A DNA stretch of 64,000 nucleotides from Candidatus Dormiibacterota bacterium (lineage in GTDB: Bacteria; Chloroflexota; Dormibacteria; Aeolococcales; Aeolococcaceae), in the NCBI GenBank assembly GCA_963718525.1, contig OY970355.1:1632001-1696000 (forward strand), in the 5' to 3' direction. Shown here piece after piece: positions 1-9,336 of the stretch. The notes under the pieces are model-generated. The model saw only the letters and a list, made by a program, of their open reading frames with translations. It had not been told where the DNA came from and did not search any database. Position 1 is the first letter of the stretch, and each line of letters begins with the position of its first letter. Position numbers and translations under genes: made by a program.

Positions 1-2
1 CT

Positions 3-617
3 CGCACCGGAAAACCTCTGCTCATCTCCACCGGGATGGCATCGCTCGGCGACATCGAACGCGCCCTCGACACCGCGACCGCCGCCGGGGCGCGCGACCT
101 GATGGTGCTGCACTGCGCGGTGAACTACCCGCCGCGCTTCGAGGATCTCAACCTCCGCGCCATCCCCACGCTCCGGGCAGCCTTCCAGATACCGATCGGA
201 TGGTCCGATCACACTCGCGGGCACACGGCAGACGTCGTCGCGGTCGCCCTCGGCGCATGCGCGATCGAGAAGCACTTCACCCTGAGCAGGAACCAGGAGG
301 GACCGGACCATCCTTTCGCGCTCGAGCCGGACGAGCTCACGGCCATGGTGCAGGCCATCCGCGAAACCGAGGCATCGCTCGGGTCAAGCGTGAAGCGTGT
401 GACCAAGGCGGAGGCCGAGATGTTCCGGCTCGGACGTCGCAGCATCGTCGTGAGCCGAGACGTTGCCGCGGGCGCCGCACTGACGCGAGCGGATCTTGCG
501 ATCAAGCGTCCCGGTTTCGGCATCCCGGTCCACGACATCGATCAGGTGGTCGGCAGGCACGTCACCCGCTCCATGGAGGAGGACGAGGTGCTCCAGTGGG
601 ACGATCTCGTCCGGTAG
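3..617 (+). CDS. pseI: Pseudaminic acid synthase / NeuB-family synthase, 5'-truncated by the window edge
   Basis: Frame open from the window start (RTGKPLLISTGM). Motifs LHC..YP, GWSDHT, IEKHFTL, GPDHPFALEP and a C-terminal SAF-like RRSIV..KRPG region. Context of pseB/C/G. Confidence 0.85.
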   Translation, partial: RTGKPLLISTGMASLGDIERALDTATAAGARDLMVLHCAVNYPPRFEDLNLRAIPTLRAAFQIPIGWSDHTRGHTADVVAVALGACAIEKHFTLSRNQEGPDHPFALEPDELTAMVQAIRETEASLGSSVKRVTKAEAEMFRLGRRSIVVSRDVAAGAALTRADLAIKRPGFGIPVHDIDQVVGRHVTRSMEEDEVLQWDDLVR

Positions 618-640
618 CGACCGGTCGTGATCGCCCCCGC

Positions 641-1093
641 GTGACGCTGCGCGCGGCTCGCGGGGACGATGCCAGCCTGGTCAGGGCCTGGCGCAACGAC
701 GCCGACGCGGTCCGCTTCAGTGTGAGCGCCCGCCCCGTGTCGGAGGGCGAGCACGCTCGCTGGTTCGCAACAGCGCTTGCCGATCCTCGGATACAACTCT
801 GGGTCGCGGAGGAGAACGGGGTCCCGGTGGGTCAGGTGCGAGCCGATCTCGTCGGCGATTCGGCGGTCTTCTCGATCGCCGTTGCGGCTTCCGCGCGAGG
901 CCGTGGGGTAGGTCAGCGGATGCTCCGGCTCGCCCTGGAGGAGATCGAGCGGCAGCACGCTGTCACCACCATGACGGCCGTGACGCACCCCGACAACCTG
1001 GCCTCGATACACGCCTTTGAGCGGGTGGGGTTCCGCCGCCGTGAGGCGTCCGAGGGGGGCTTTGTCGTCCTCGAACTGACGTTGGACTCGTAG
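641..1093 (+). CDS. GNAT N-acetyltransferase, PseH-like
   Basis: LRAA..D..LVRAWRND N-terminus, RGRGVG acetyl-CoA motif, NLASIHAFERVGF. GTG start after pseI. Confidence 0.75.
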   Translation: MTLRAARGDDASLVRAWRNDADAVRFSVSARPVSEGEHARWFATALADPRIQLWVAEENGVPVGQVRADLVGDSAVFSIAVAASARGRGVGQRMLRLALEEIERQHAVTTMTAVTHPDNLASIHAFERVGFRRREASEGGFVVLELTLDS

Positions 1094-1111
1094 CGCGAGC
1101 GTCGAGCGCGC

Positions 1112-1897
1112 TCACGTGGCCGCGGCAGGGTCCTCGCCACGGCGCGCAGCGTCTCGCTGGGCGCGATACCGCTCATCTCTCGCGGGCAGTCCACTCTGAT
1201 CCCACAGCGTTGGATCAAACTCGAAATACGCGACCACAGCCGCAAGATGGGGCGGTGGTGCGGCCGGAAGCGCCATGAGGATCGTCCGGATCCGCTCGAG
1301 GTCTTCCGGCACATCCACGGTCAGGCGCATGGACGAAAGATCTCGGTCGTTGACCATGTTGACGGTGCGGTACTCGCCGGAATGCTCGCGCAGCCGTGCG
1401 GTCACGTGTTCACGGTGGTAGTCGAGGACCGACTCGACGTCGAGCCGCCGCAGACATTCCGCGGTGAGCACCTCGACGTCGTAACCCTGCGGGTAGGTCG
1501 GTGGAAGCTCGTTGCTGGCGTAGTCGGCGTCGGCCGAAGTGCGCATGCGCACCAGACCGTCGACGAGCTCCGGGTCGACGAGGGGGCAGTCCGACGTGAC
1601 CCGGATCACCACGTCCGCGCCGTGCTCTTCCGCGGCAAGCACGTACCGGCTCAAGACGTCGGCGACCGCACCTCGGGTGACCCTGGCTCCCAGTGCACCC
1701 GCGAGGTCCGCGACAACGTCATCCCCGGGTTCGACGGTGGTCGCAACCACGACGTCGTCGATCGTCTCCGCCATCGAGACGCGCTCGATGACGTGCGCGA
1801 GCATCGGCTTGCCGCAGAGGTCGGCGAGGACCTTGCCCGGGAACCGGGTCGATCCCACGCGAGCCTGGATCACCGCAACATTTCGGAGCGCGGACAT
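1112..1897 (-). CDS. SpsF-type cytidylyltransferase (likely PseF role)
   Basis: IQARVGSTRFPGKVL, IRVTSDCPLVDP, REHVT and RLTVDVPEDL motifs. Start overlaps the pseG stop. Confidence 0.8.
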   Translation of the reverse strand: MSALRNVAVIQARVGSTRFPGKVLADLCGKPMLAHVIERVSMAETIDDVVVATTVEPGDDVVADLAGALGARVTRGAVADVLSRYVLAAEEHGADVVIRVTSDCPLVDPELVDGLVRMRTSADADYASNELPPTYPQGYDVEVLTAECLRRLDVESVLDYHREHVTARLREHSGEYRTVNMVNDRDLSSMRLTVDVPEDLERIRTILMALPAAPPPHLAAVVAYFEFDPTLWDQSGLPARDERYRAQRDAARRGEDPAAAT

Positions 1898-2880
1898 CAG
1901 GCGGCGTCGACGCGCGCGAGGCGCCGCACCGCCTCTGCGACCCGCCACGCGCCGCGACCGTCCACCAGCGCGCGTCCCCGTTCCGCCATCACATCGCAGC
2001 GTGCCGGGTCGTCGAGGAGCTTGATGCACTCAGCGGCGAGATCCTCCGAATCGACCACGACTGCACAACCGGCTCGGCCAAGAGCGGCCGCTTGAGCGGA
2101 TTGGTTTGGCACGGCGTCGTTGATCACCGCGGGGATGCCGACACACGCGGCCTGCACGGCGGTGGTGCCGGCCGCACCGACATAGATGGTCGTTTCAGCG
2201 AGCGCCTCGGCCAGGCTTGGCGGCGCGACCAGCAGGTGCAGACGCGGCTGGTCGACCGGGGAGGCGCCCTGCGCGTCCGGTCCGACAACTCTGAGGACCT
2301 CGAGGGACGCGTCCTCGTTGAGCAGCCGGGTGCTGACGTTCGCTGCCATGCCGTCGATGTCGGTCGCTCCAGTCGATACCAACACGGTCCTTCGAGCTCG
2401 CCCGCGGCGCAGCACCGTCTCGCGGGCCTCCGCGAACGCTGAGCGAATCAGCGCATAAGCGGCGCCACCCAGGAAGGCGGTCGCGCCCGCGGGACGCAGG
2501 CTCTCACCGCCGGGCGATGGGTTGATGCCGAGGTCGCAGTCGGCGGTGTGGCCAAGATCGTCAACCACAGTCAGGGGGACGCGCCGGCGCAGCCGCTCCT
2601 GCATACCGGCATCGAAGACGTACCCGTCGAGTACGAGGAGATCCGGTGCTCGACCCGCAGCGAGCACGGAGGCGACCCGATCCGGCGCTGCGCCGCGAGC
2701 CGCCACCACAGCATGGCCTCGATCCTCGACACGTCTGCGCAGCTCGACGTCGTCGTCTGGAAGCACCACGGATACCGAGGTGTCCGGTCGCAGTGCATCA
2801 GCGAGGGCGAGCATCCGCTCGAGGTGGCCAAGTCCGACGCCGGATCCGCAATCCGGAGCCAGCAGGGCTCGCAGGATCAT
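1897..2880 (-). CDS. pseG: PseG/SpsG-family UDP-sugar hydrolase (GT-B fold)
   Basis: GxGH motif (GVGLGHLERMLALA), VLDGY, VVDDL, AAGTT, NQ and VDGRGAWRV. Confidence 0.75.
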   Translation of the reverse strand: MILRALLAPDCGSGVGLGHLERMLALADALRPDTSVSVVLPDDDVELRRRVEDRGHAVVAARGAAPDRVASVLAAGRAPDLLVLDGYVFDAGMQERLRRRVPLTVVDDLGHTADCDLGINPSPGGESLRPAGATAFLGGAAYALIRSAFAEARETVLRRGRARRTVLVSTGATDIDGMAANVSTRLLNEDASLEVLRVVGPDAQGASPVDQPRLHLLVAPPSLAEALAETTIYVGAAGTTAVQAACVGIPAVINDAVPNQSAQAAALGRAGCAVVVDSEDLAAECIKLLDDPARCDVMAERGRALVDGRGAWRVAEAVRRLARVDAA

Positions 2881-4079
2881 GGAACGATCTGATGCGTCGA
2901 CGCCCATGCCTGGATCCGGCGCAGTGCAACCACGACGTCGTCCTGGTCGGATGCCGTCATCGTTGGGAAGAGCGGCAGCGTCACCAACCGTTCGCACATC
3001 GCCTCGGCTCGAGGCGCCGTGCCGGGGACGCCGCCGCGTGCCCGATAGAGCGACAGCAGGTGCACCGCCGGGTAATGCAGCGTTGCCTCGATACCCTCCG
3101 CCCGCAGCGCGTCGATGATCCAGTCGCGCTCACAACCGAACACCTCCGGGTCGATCTCGACTGGATAGATGTGCCATGCGCTTCTGCGACCCTCTGGACG
3201 CGGTGGGAGGCCGATGCCCGGAATCTCGCTGAGCATCGCGTCGTACCGATCGGCCATCTCGCTGCGTTCAGCGACGACGTCGTCGAGGCGATGCAGCTGC
3301 GAGATGCCGAGCGCGGCTTGCAGCGTGGTCATACGGTGGTTGTCGCCGAGCATGATGACGTCGTATTTCCAGAGCGTGCCGGTCCGCTCGTCCGCGGTGC
3401 TGGTCATCCCATGGTTGCGCAGCTTGCGAATGCGGTCCGCCACTGCGCCGTCCGAAGTCAGGCAAGCGCCACCCTCTCCGGTGGTGATCTGTTTCACCGG
3501 ATGAAAGCTCAGCGTGGTGATGTCCGCAAGCGATCCCACGGGCCGTCCGTTGTGGCTTGCTCCGAGCGAGTGGGCGCTGTCGGCGACCACCGGGAGCGGC
3601 CGCGGCAGCGCCGCCTTCAGCGCACCGATATCCGACGGAAGTCCCGAATAGTCGACGGTGATCACAGCCTTGGTCCGCGGAGTCACGTTGCGCGCCACCG
3701 ATTCAGGATCGAGGCATCGATCCTCACCGACATCGGCGAACACCGGAGTCCCACCGGCACGGAGCACAGCGTTGGCTGTCGCGACGAACGTCAGCGGCGT
3801 CGTGATCACCTCGTCCCCTGGTCCGATGCCGAGTGTGAGCACCGCGAGGTCGAGCGCCGCGCTGCCGTTGGTGAGCGCGATCGCGTGGTCGGCTCTGCCC
3901 CGTGCCGCGAGCGCGTGCTCGAAGTCGGCGATGGCCGCACCACCGGTGAGCGTGCCCGAGCGAAGTGCCGCGACCACGGCGTTGACGTCGGCGTCGTCGA
4001 GCGCGTGACGGCCGTAGGGGAGGGGGTGAAGCCGGATCGGCGTGCCCCCGGCGATCGCCGGGGGACTCGTGATGCTCAC
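2877..4079 (-). CDS. pseC: DegT/DnrJ-family aminotransferase PseC
   Basis: LPYGRH, TFVATAN, DSAHSLG and SFHPVKQITTGEGG (PLP lysine). GTGA overlap with the pseB stop. Confidence 0.85.
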   Translation of the reverse strand: MSITSPPAIAGGTPIRLHPLPYGRHALDDADVNAVVAALRSGTLTGGAAIADFEHALAARGRADHAIALTNGSAALDLAVLTLGIGPGDEVITTPLTFVATANAVLRAGGTPVFADVGEDRCLDPESVARNVTPRTKAVITVDYSGLPSDIGALKAALPRPLPVVADSAHSLGASHNGRPVGSLADITTLSFHPVKQITTGEGGACLTSDGAVADRIRKLRNHGMTSTADERTGTLWKYDVIMLGDNHRMTTLQAALGISQLHRLDDVVAERSEMADRYDAMLSEIPGIGLPPRPEGRRSAWHIYPVEIDPEVFGCERDWIIDALRAEGIEATLHYPAVHLLSLYRARGGVPGTAPRAEAMCERLVTLPLFPTMTASDQDDVVVALRRIQAWASTHQIVP

Positions 4080-5077
4080 CCCGCGTCGGCCGGCGCCTCG
4101 GCCGGCCATTTGGCCAGGAGATCGCGAAGTTCGCCGACGTCGAGCCACTCCGTGTTGCTGTCGCTGCTGTAGTGGAACTCCTCGGCGACCCGCGCCCCTT
4201 CAGTGGTTGCGCGAGCGCCCCAGAAAGGATGTTCGGGAACGACGACGTAACACCAGCCCATGTCGAATGTATGCCTCGCCTCGTCCGATGTGATCAGGAC
4301 CTCGTGCAACTTTTCGCCCGGCCTGATGCCGGTGTAGCGGATCGACACTCCGGGCGCGATCGCTTCCGCAAGGTCAACGACGCGCGTGCTGGGGATTTTG
4401 GGGATGAAAACCTCGCCACCCGCCATCGTTGCGACGCAGTCGGCGACAAGTTGCACCGCCTGATCAAGCGTGATCCAGAAGCGGGTCATGCGCTCGTCGG
4501 TCACCGTCAGTTCGCCGGTGTCCGCCTGGCTGCGAAAGAGCGGCACCACGCTGCCGCGGGAACCGACCACGTTGCCGTAGCGAACGCACGAGAGGCGTAC
4601 GTCATTCGGACCGGCGTACACGTTGGCCTGGACGAACAGCTTTTCAGCACAGAGTTTGGTGGCGCCGTACAGGCTCGCAGGACTCACCGCCTTGTCGGTG
4701 CTGAGCGCCACAGCGCGCGAGATACCTGCCTCGATGCACACCTCGGCAACGTTCTGAGTCCCGAGGATGTTGGTCTGCACCGCCTCAAACGGGTTGTATT
4801 CGCAGGCGGGCACCTGCTTCATGGCGGCGGCGTGGATGACGATGTCCACGCCGTCGACGGCTCGCCGCAGCCTTTGGTGATCGCGTACGTCGCCGATCAG
4901 GAAGCGGAGCCGGTCGTCGCCGAATGATCGCTGCATCTCCGACTGCTTGAGCTCGTCGCGGCTGAAGATGCGGATCGTCTTGGGATTCCATCGGGACAGC
5001 GCGGTGCGCGTGAAGTGATGGCCAAAGGAGCCGGTGCCCCCGGTCAGCAGGATTGTGCGCCCCTCGAAATAGTTCAA
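4076..5077 (-). CDS. pseB: UDP-N-acetylglucosamine 4,6-dehydratase (inverting)
   Basis: TGGTGSFG, SRDELKQ, HAAAMKQVPACEYNP, STDKA, YGATK, RYGNVVGSRGSV, MTRFWI and GIRPGEKLHE. Confidence 0.93.
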   Translation of the reverse strand: MNYFEGRTILLTGGTGSFGHHFTRTALSRWNPKTIRIFSRDELKQSEMQRSFGDDRLRFLIGDVRDHQRLRRAVDGVDIVIHAAAMKQVPACEYNPFEAVQTNILGTQNVAEVCIEAGISRAVALSTDKAVSPASLYGATKLCAEKLFVQANVYAGPNDVRLSCVRYGNVVGSRGSVVPLFRSQADTGELTVTDERMTRFWITLDQAVQLVADCVATMAGGEVFIPKIPSTRVVDLAEAIAPGVSIRYTGIRPGEKLHEVLITSDEARHTFDMGWCYVVVPEHPFWGARATTEGARVAEEFHYSSDSNTEWLDVGELRDLLAKWPAEAPADAG

Positions 5078-5258
5078 AGTCGATCCTCATTCTCAGGCAA
5101 TACGGTCGCGGGTAGCCTACGGGAGCCCACTGCGGTGACGTCGCCGCGATCAGCCAGTGGTTGTGGCGTCTCCGTCTAAACTCGCTTGTTGCACCGAGTC
5201 GTCCCTGGTGCGTCACTCACGGCACTGCGCCCGCCACACCGCTCGCAGGAGACACTCG

Positions 5259-6131
5259 ATGGAACTCGCGCTCCACTTCATGAACTTCACCCTCCCGGGT
5301 GGGAGCAAGGCGCTCGGCCCAACCCTTGCAGAGACTGCTCAGGCTGCCGAGGAGGCCGGCTGCTCCACCTTCACGATGATGGACCACTGGTTTCAGATGG
5401 AGGGGTTCGCGACCGCCCAGGATCCGATGCTCGAGGGCTATACCTCGCTCGGCTTTGTGGCCGGGAAGACCGAGCGCATCACCCTGTCGCTGATGGTCAC
5501 CGGGGTCACCTATCGGTATCCGGGCCTCCTTGCAAAGATCGTGACCACGCTCGACATCGTCTCCGGCGGACGCGCCATGCTCGGCATCGGGGCCGCCTGG
5601 TACGAGCGCGAGCACCGTGCGCTCGGCGTGCCCTTCCCGCCCATTTCGGAACGCTTCGAGATGCTCGAAGAGGCGATTCAGATCTGCAACCAGATGTGGA
5701 GCGACAACGACGGTCCCTACGACGGGAAGCACTACCACCTGGCGGAAACCCTGTGTCACCCGCAGCCGGTGCAGCAGCCGCGCCCCCCGATCCTCATCGG
5801 CGGCGGCGGCGAGCGAAAGACACTCAAGCTCGTCGCTCGCTACGCGGATGCGTGCAACCTGTTCGCCCTCGGGCCCGAGGAGGTGAAGCGCAAGCTCGAC
5901 ATCCTCGCGCAGCACTGCGAGAACGAGGGCCGGGACATGGCCACCATCAAGAAGACCATTCAGGGCGGCGCCGATCCCGTCAAGGACACGAACGGGTTCC
6001 TCAGGGACATGGAGGCGTACGCAAAGCTGGGCATCGCTATGGTGGGCGTGCGGAATACCTCGCCCGACCCGGTCACGACGGCAAGGGAGCTGTCCAAGAT
6101 CGTGCCGCTGCTCGCTCAGATCGGCCCCTGA
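5259..6131 (+). CDS. LLM-class (probably F420-dependent) oxidoreductase
   Basis: MDHWFQM, VTGVTYRYPGLLAKIVTTLD, LGIGAAWYEREH and GGGGERKTL. AGGAG RBS upstream. Confidence 0.85.
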   Translation: MELALHFMNFTLPGGSKALGPTLAETAQAAEEAGCSTFTMMDHWFQMEGFATAQDPMLEGYTSLGFVAGKTERITLSLMVTGVTYRYPGLLAKIVTTLDIVSGGRAMLGIGAAWYEREHRALGVPFPPISERFEMLEEAIQICNQMWSDNDGPYDGKHYHLAETLCHPQPVQQPRPPILIGGGGERKTLKLVARYADACNLFALGPEEVKRKLDILAQHCENEGRDMATIKKTIQGGADPVKDTNGFLRDMEAYAKLGIAMVGVRNTSPDPVTTARELSKIVPLLAQIGP

Positions 6132-6244
6132 GCCCGCAGCGACAGTCGAGGTCGGGAATCCCCGTGGCACCTGGTAGCCGAGGATAGCCAGAAGAGCCGC
6201 ACGGCAGCTAAACTGAATGACGGATTTACTGCTATACTGCAATC

Positions 6245-6532
6245 ATGGCAGAGGATCACTCGTTCGTGACCGTGCAGGGCCGAGGCCTCATCGCCATCCC
6301 TACAGCCATCAGGCGCCGCTTCGGTTTGGACCAACCCGGAGCGCAGGTCGAGGTCATCGAGCGAGAAGGGGAGATCGTGCTGCGCCCGCACGTGGCCGTC
6401 CCGGCCGACCAGGCGTGGTTCTGGACCGAGCGATGGCGGCAGATGGAACGCGAGGCGGACGACGCCATCGCCGCTGGGCGTATCACCAGCGTTGCCGGTG
6501 TCGAGGAGCTCCTGACCAATCTCAACTCGTGA
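6245..6532 (+). CDS. AbrB/MazE/SpoVT-family antitoxin
   Basis: RGLIAIPTAIRRRFGL..G swapped-hairpin motif and C-terminal DQAWFWTERWRQMEREAD. TATACT lies 6 nt upstream. Confidence 0.8.
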   Translation: MAEDHSFVTVQGRGLIAIPTAIRRRFGLDQPGAQVEVIEREGEIVLRPHVAVPADQAWFWTERWRQMEREADDAIAAGRITSVAGVEELLTNLNS

Positions 6533-6855
6533 GGTTCGAGCTGACCGAACCGTTCAAGGCTGATTACCAGCAACTCGCCGAGGACGAACGCGAGAAGTTC
6601 CGCACCGCGGCCCGCACGTTCAACACGGCCTGCGATCACTTCGTCGACACCAAGGACCCGTCGTCATGGCCGGGCAACCTGCGCGTGAAGGCGGTCGCCA
6701 ATGCCCAAGGCATCTTTGAGATGACCTGGAGCTTCAGCGGGCCTGACGGCCGAGCCACCTGGGAGTGGACCATGGTCATCGACGCGGATGGACGCCACTG
6801 GCCGGCGGTGCGCTGGCGCCGGCTGGGAACTCACCGAATCTTCCACGAACCGTGA
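6529..6855 (+). CDS. RelE/ParE-like toxin (putative)
   Basis: GTGA overlap with the antitoxin. FELTEPFKADYQQL N-terminus and RRLGTHRIF C-terminus typical of the RelE fold. Confidence 0.65.
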   Translation: MRFELTEPFKADYQQLAEDEREKFRTAARTFNTACDHFVDTKDPSSWPGNLRVKAVANAQGIFEMTWSFSGPDGRATWEWTMVIDADGRHWPAVRWRRLGTHRIFHEP

Positions 6856-6956
6856 CCGCCCCACGTCACTCGTCATTGCAGCGATTCGACCTCTGCCCTC
6901 GTAGGCAGAGTTGACTGCCGCTCCCAAGGCAGCGGTCACCCGCTGATTAGCGAATT

Positions 6957-7031
6957 TGGTGGAGCGGGGGGACTCGAACCCCCGACCTCTGCCGTGCGAG
7001 GGCAGCGCTCTCCCAGCTGAGCTACCGCCCC
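6957..7031 (-). tRNA. tRNA-Ala(CGC), CCA encoded
   Basis: GGGGCGG acceptor with G3:U70, AGCTCAGCTGGGAGAGC D-arm, CTGCC-CTCGCAC-GGCAG anticodon arm and GGTTCGAGTCC T-loop. The T-stem C-run is one base short. Confidence 0.92.
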
Positions 7032-7085
7032 GGGACCAGGGTCACGCCGAGGCGTTCTGCAGTATAGGGCGGGCGCTCGGAGCGC

Positions 7086-7463
7086 CTACGAAGCCGTCCG
7101 GGTTGCGAAGAACGTTTTCACCGCCTCGGCCAGCGCCGGCAGGTTGAACGGCTTGGGGAGCATGCCGTCTGCCCCGGCGAGCCTCGCTGCTTCAGCCTCC
7201 TCGGAAAGGGCGCTGAACATGAGGACAGGGGTCTGCGCGGTCGCTGCGTTCGCTCTGATGCGCCGGCAGGCCTCGATGCCGTCGATGCCCGGCATCATGA
7301 TATCGAGGATGATCAGGTCGGGGCGGTCGGCAGCGGCGATCGCGACAGCCGCCTCGCCGTCGGAAACCGTCGACATCTCGTAGCCCTCGAGATCGAGATA
7401 ACGGGACACCACCGACAGTACGCGCGGGTCATCGTCGGCGAGCAGAACGCGCGGCCGGGACAT
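7086..7463 (-). CDS. Single-domain response regulator (CheY-like receiver)
   Basis: VLLADDD, PDLIILDIMMPGIDG, FSA and PKPF motifs. No output domain. Confidence 0.88.
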   Translation of the reverse strand: MSRPRVLLADDDPRVLSVVSRYLDLEGYEMSTVSDGEAAVAIAAADRPDLIILDIMMPGIDGIEACRRIRANAATAQTPVLMFSALSEEAEAARLAGADGMLPKPFNLPALAEAVKTFFATRTAS

Positions 7464-7594
7464 TGCCCCCATGGTACGGAGGCGCCGTCGAAACGGGTGG
7501 CTGGTGTCCATTCCTTTACAGCCTGGATTCCCGGCGGATGAAACGCCCGCCGGGGCGGCCCCGGCACGACCGGTGGCTATACTCGCCGGCAGGC

Positions 7595-8548
7595 ATGTCG
7601 AGCACCCCGGCGTCCCTGGTTCTCTTCGGGATAGCGGTCGCCGCGTACACACTTGCCGTGGTTGCCTTCGTGCTGCACCTCGCCTTCCGCAAGCGGATCC
7701 TCGGCGACATCGGCATGGCGCTGGTGCTGATCGGCTGGCCCCTCCATTTCGCCTCGATCTTCACTCGCGCGCTCGAGGCCGGCCACTGGCCTCTCGGCAA
7801 CATGTACGAGTACTCGACCGGGATCGCATTCGTGATCGTCACCGTCTCGGTGATCCTCATGGTCCGGGCTCGCATGCGGCTCATCGGGCTGCCGGCGATG
7901 ATCGTCACGGTCGCGCTGATGGGTGTCGCATACATGCTGTACGTGCCCCCCGGGCAGCTGGTCCCGGCGCTCCACAGCTACTGGCTGACGATCCACGTGA
8001 CCTCGATGGCCACGTCCTCAGCGGTCCTGAGCTTCTCGTTCTTCTTCGGGATGGCGTACCTGGCGCGGCGCTGGGCCGACAACCGGCTGCTCGCCGTTGC
8101 GCCCGCGGCCGTACCGGCGAGCGTCAGCAGCGGCGGCGTGGCGACGATGACCATGGGGGGCGGCGGCTCAGGCGGCGGGTTCAGCACCGGGGGCGGCAGG
8201 CACCCGATGGCATCCTGGGTGCAGCGGGCGCTGCCGAATGCGGGAATGCTGGACGGCTGGAGCTACCGCTTCGTGATGATCGGATTTCCCATCTGGACGT
8301 TCGGGGTCATCTGCGGAGCCATCTGGGGCGAGCATGCCTGGGGCCGCTACTGGGGATGGGATCCAAAGGAGACGTTTGCGTTCATCACGTGGGTCGTGTT
8401 CGCGATCTACCTCCACGCGCGCGTGACCTACGGGTGGAAGGAGAAGCGGGCGGCGATCATCACGGCGTTCGGGTTCGCCGCCATCCTCTTCACGCTGTAC
8501 GCCGTCAACCTCTGGATCGCGGGGCTGCACTCGTACGCTCGCGCCTGA
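7595..8548 (+). CDS. ccsA: Cytochrome c biogenesis protein (system II CcsA/CcsB)
   Basis: HWPLGNMYE, LVPALHSYWLTIHV, WGRYWGWDPKE (WWD domain) and GLHSYA. Confidence 0.92.
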   Translation: MSSTPASLVLFGIAVAAYTLAVVAFVLHLAFRKRILGDIGMALVLIGWPLHFASIFTRALEAGHWPLGNMYEYSTGIAFVIVTVSVILMVRARMRLIGLPAMIVTVALMGVAYMLYVPPGQLVPALHSYWLTIHVTSMATSSAVLSFSFFFGMAYLARRWADNRLLAVAPAAVPASVSSGGVATMTMGGGGSGGGFSTGGGRHPMASWVQRALPNAGMLDGWSYRFVMIGFPIWTFGVICGAIWGEHAWGRYWGWDPKETFAFITWVVFAIYLHARVTYGWKEKRAAIITAFGFAAILFTLYAVNLWIAGLHSYARA

Positions 8549-8716
8549 CACGGCGTCACGGCCGGTCGGGTCCCAGGGTTCTCCGCCGTTGGTCTGGGGT
8601 CGAAACGTAAGGGAGCGCCGCATCAGCGCCGGACGATCCCGTCGAGTTGCAGGCGTGACGCCACGTTGTAGCGTGAGTGCCCAGCGCGCAGCGAAGAGGA
8701 AAAGACAGCGACGCGG

Positions 8717-8809
8717 CTAACCGCGGCGCGCCCACCTCGTCTTCTTCAGCATCTTCTTATGCTTGTGCTTGCGCATCTTCTTGCGCCGCTTCTTGATTAC
8801 CGAACCCAT
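8717..8809 (-). CDS. AURKAIP1/COX24-domain small basic protein (30S ribosomal bS22-like)
   Basis: MGSVIKKRRKKMRKHKHKKMLKKTRWARRG matches the conserved family sequence. Confidence 0.9.
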   Translation of the reverse strand: MGSVIKKRRKKMRKHKHKKMLKKTRWARRG

Positions 8810-8819
8810 CTGCCAACGA

Positions 8820-9314
8820 CTATAGCGGTCCGAGCCGCGCAAAGGCCTCCCGCAGATGCGCGGCGGTGGTCTCGAGGGCCTGGGGCAGCACCTTGACGTC
8901 GCCCAGCACAGGCATGAAGTTGGTGTCTCCGGACCAGCGCGGCACGACGTGGACATGGACGTGCTCGGCGCTCGCGCCCGCGGCGCTCCCCTGATTGACG
9001 CCGATATTGAAGCCGTCCGGGTGCATCACCCCGGTCAGCGCGCGGACGGCGCGTTGCGTTGCCGCAAACATCGCCCCTCCCTCCTCGGGCGTCAGCGTGA
9101 GCACTCCCGCCGCATGCCGTATCGGCACGACCATCAGATGTCCGCTCGTGTACGGATAGCGGTTCATCAGGATGAAGGCGAGATCGCCGCGGTCGACCAC
9201 CAGCGATGCATCGCCGGTGCCACTCGCTGCCGCACACAGGAAGCATCCTTCGCCGCTCTCCTGTGGGGTGCTCGACACGTAGGCCATTCGCCAGGGCGCC
9301 CAGAGATGCTTCAC
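8820..9314 (-). CDS. HIT-family hydrolase (Ap4A phosphorylase-like)
   Basis: LWAPWRMAY, CFLC, NRYPYTSGHLMVVP and HVHVHVVPRW (histidine triad). Confidence 0.92.
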   Translation of the reverse strand: MKHLWAPWRMAYVSSTPQESGEGCFLCAAASGTGDASLVVDRGDLAFILMNRYPYTSGHLMVVPIRHAAGVLTLTPEEGGAMFAATQRAVRALTGVMHPDGFNIGVNQGSAAGASAEHVHVHVVPRWSGDTNFMPVLGDVKVLPQALETTAAHLREAFARLGPL

Positions 9315-9336
9315 GCCACGACGTTCGCCGACCGTC

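Noticed and set aside
5078-5258. Possible riboswitch in the pseB/LLM divergent intergenic region
   Set aside because: Only short GC-rich stems, with no recognisable aptamer core or terminator.
6961-6985. tRNA-Ala(CGC) with an aberrant T-arm as a novel tRNA-like RNA
   Set aside because: It is one base short in a G/C homopolymer compared with the second tRNA-Ala, most simply a sequencing indel.
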